From: Malacoraja senta
Lineage: Eukaryota
Length of the DNA stretch: 64,000 nucleotides
Assembly: GCA_038087875.1 (NCBI GenBank)
Contig: JAXLNO010000362.1
Coordinates: 1 to 64,000 of the forward strand
Direction: 5' to 3'
In this document: piece after piece, positions 61,750-64,000 of the stretch
Layout: each line of letters opens with the position of its first letter
Numbering within the stretch: the stretch's first letter is position 1
Made by a program: the position numbers and the translations under genes
The notes under the pieces: generated by a model
The model's input: the letters and a program-made list of their open reading frames with translations, nothing else
What the model was told of the DNA's origin: nothing
Database searches by the model: none

Positions 61750-64000
61750 CCAGAGCGAGGAGGTCATAGAGAGGAGTTACAGAGAGGTGGTCACTCCAAG
61801 ACCACGGGAGGCCGGAAAGTAGGTCACGGTTAGGAGGGGCAAGGGGCAGAGGCAGGGACTAGTGAGTACCCTGGTGGCTGTACACCTTGGCAATAAGTAC
61901 TCCTGTTTGAGTAACGTTGGGGGGGACAGTCTACCTGGGGGTGGCGGCAGCGGCAGGGCCTCCGGTACAGAGACCGGCCCTGTTGCTCAGAGGGGTAAGG
62001 AAAAAAAGAAGAGGGCAGTAGTAATAGGGGACTCTATAGTTAGTGGGTCAGATAGGCGATTCTGTGGACGCAGTCGGGAGACCCGGATGGTAGTTTGCCT
62101 CCCTGGTGCCAGGGTCTGGGATGTGTCTGAACGTGTCCAAGATATCCTGAAATGGGACGGAGAGGACACTGAGGTCATGGTACATATAGGTACCAATGAC
62201 ATAGGTGGAAAAAGAGAAGAGGTCCTGAAAGGAGAATTTAGGGAGTTAGGAGGAGAGTTAAGGAGAAGGACCGCAAAGTAACAATTTCAGGATTACTGCC
62301 TGTGCCACACGACAGTGAGAGTAGGAATGGAGCGAGGTGGAGGATAAATGCGTGGCTGAAGGACTGGTGCAGAGGGCAGGGATTCAAGTTTCTGGATCAT
62401 TGGGACCTCTTTTGGGGAAGGTGTGACCTGTACAAAAAGGACGGGTTGCACTTGAACCCGAGGGGGACCAATATCCTGGCGGGGAGATTTGCAAAGGCTA
62501 CTGGGGAGACTTTAAACTAGAACGGTTGGGGGGAGGGACTCAAATAGAGAAAGCTAGTAGACAGTGTGTGAGGCAGCAGCCAGAGAAGGGAAGCACTCAG
62601 ACCCAACATGTAGGGGGGAAAGAAGAAAAAAATAATAAACAGAGAATTAGTGGTGGGTTTCTTAAATGTGTGAGCAGAGAGACAGAGGGGTGTAAAATGA
62701 GGGTAGAAGCAATAGGTAGCAAGGTGAAAAGTAAAAATGGCAGGCAGACAAATCCAGGGCAAAAATCAAAAAGGGCCACTTTTCAACATAATTGTATAAG
62801 GGGTAAGAGTGTTGTAAAAACAAGCCTGAAGGCTTTGTGTCTCAATGCAAGGAGCATTCGTAATAAGGTGGATGAGTTGAATGTGCAGATAGCTATTAAT
62901 GACTATGATATAGTTGGGATCACGGAGACATGGCTCCAGGGTGACCAAGGCTGGGAGCTGAACATCCAGGGATATTCAATATTCAGGAGGGATAGACAGA
63001 AAGGAAAAGGAGGTGGGGTAGCGTTGCTGGTTAGAGAGGAGATTAACGCAATAGAAAGGAGGGACATTAGCTTGGAGGATGTGGAATCGATATGGGCAGA
63101 GCTGCGAAACACTAAGGGGCAGAAAACGCTAGTGAGAGTTGTGTACAGGCCACCTAACAGTAGTAGTGGAGTTGGGGATGGCATCAAACAGGAAATTAGA
63201 AATGCGTGCAACAAAGGTAAAACAGTTATAATGGGTGACTTCAATCTACATATAGATTGGGTGAATCAAATTGGCAGGGGTGCTGAGGAAGAGGATTTCT
63301 TGGAATGTATGCGGGATAGTTTTCTAAACCAACATGTAGAGGAACCAACGATATTCTAGACTGGGTATTGAGTAATGAGGAAGGGTTAGTTAGCAGTCTT
63401 CATGTGCGTGGCCCCTTGGGCAAGAGTGACCATAATATGGTCGGTAGTGGGGAAAATGCTAGTCAGTTATTAAAGATGGGATAGCAGCACATTTGGAAAG
63501 TGGTGAAATCATTGGACAAAGTCAGCATGGATTTACGAAAGGTAAATCATGTCTGACGAATCTTATAGAACTTTTCGAGGATGTAAGTAGTAGAGTGGAT
63601 AAGGGAGAACCAGTGGATGTGTTATATCTGGACTTTCAGAAGGCTTTCGACAAGGTCCCACGTAAGAGATTAGTATACAAACTTAAAGCACGTGGTATTG
63701 GGCGTTCAGTATTGATGTGGATAGAGAACTGGCTGGCATACAGGAAGCAAAGATATGGAGTAAACGGGTCCTTTTCAGAATGGCAGGCAGTGACTAGTGG
63801 GGTACTGCAAGGCTCAGTGCTGGGACCCCAGCTATTTACAATATATATTAATGATTTGGACGAGGGAATTGAATGCAACATCTCCAAGTTTGCGGATGAC
63901 ATGAAGCTGGGGGGCAGTGTTAGCTGTGAGGAGGATGCTAGGAGGCTGCAAGGTGACTTGGATAGGCTGGGTGAGTTGGCAAATGCATGGCAGATGCAGT
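61750..64000 (+). mobile_element. Long CR1 LINE: ORF1 SGNH-esterase, ORF2 APE endonuclease, then an internal deletion and RT
   Basis: [51 protein letters not shown] near the window end. Confidence 0.92.

Noticed and set aside
61862..62520. Host GDSL/SGNH lipase gene
   Set aside because: It is the known esterase domain of CR1 ORF1, directly upstream of the APE domain.

Overview
Repeat-saturated vertebrate genomic DNA, most likely from a cartilaginous fish such as a skate or ray. This is inferred from HE1-type V-SINEs with (TAAAC)n tails and abundant CR1 fragments. One host gene spans most of the window on the minus strand (about 54.0 kb down to 12.2 kb). It is a Siglec/MAG-like inhibitory receptor, reconstructed by hand from eight phase-compatible coding exons: signal, V-set with the YFFR arginine, three C2-type Ig domains, a TM helix containing Glu, and two cytoplasmic exons with ITIM motifs (543 aa). 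A fifth Ig exon is present but broken by a CR1 insertion and a 2-nt deletion. Most of the rest is mobile DNA: two DIRS1-type tyrosine-recombinase retrotransposons with intact termini and ICRs, a Tx1 LINE with a nested Tx1 insertion, a HERO-like RLE LINE with an intact 806-aa ORF, a deleted Gypsy element whose LTRs carry CTCF motifs, Penelope-derived repeats with minimal hammerhead ribozymes, a GC-rich non-coding retroposon seen with two different LINE tails, MITE/Helitron candidates, and CR1, L2 and Rex1 debris. All family assignments come from motif recognition; no database searches were run.
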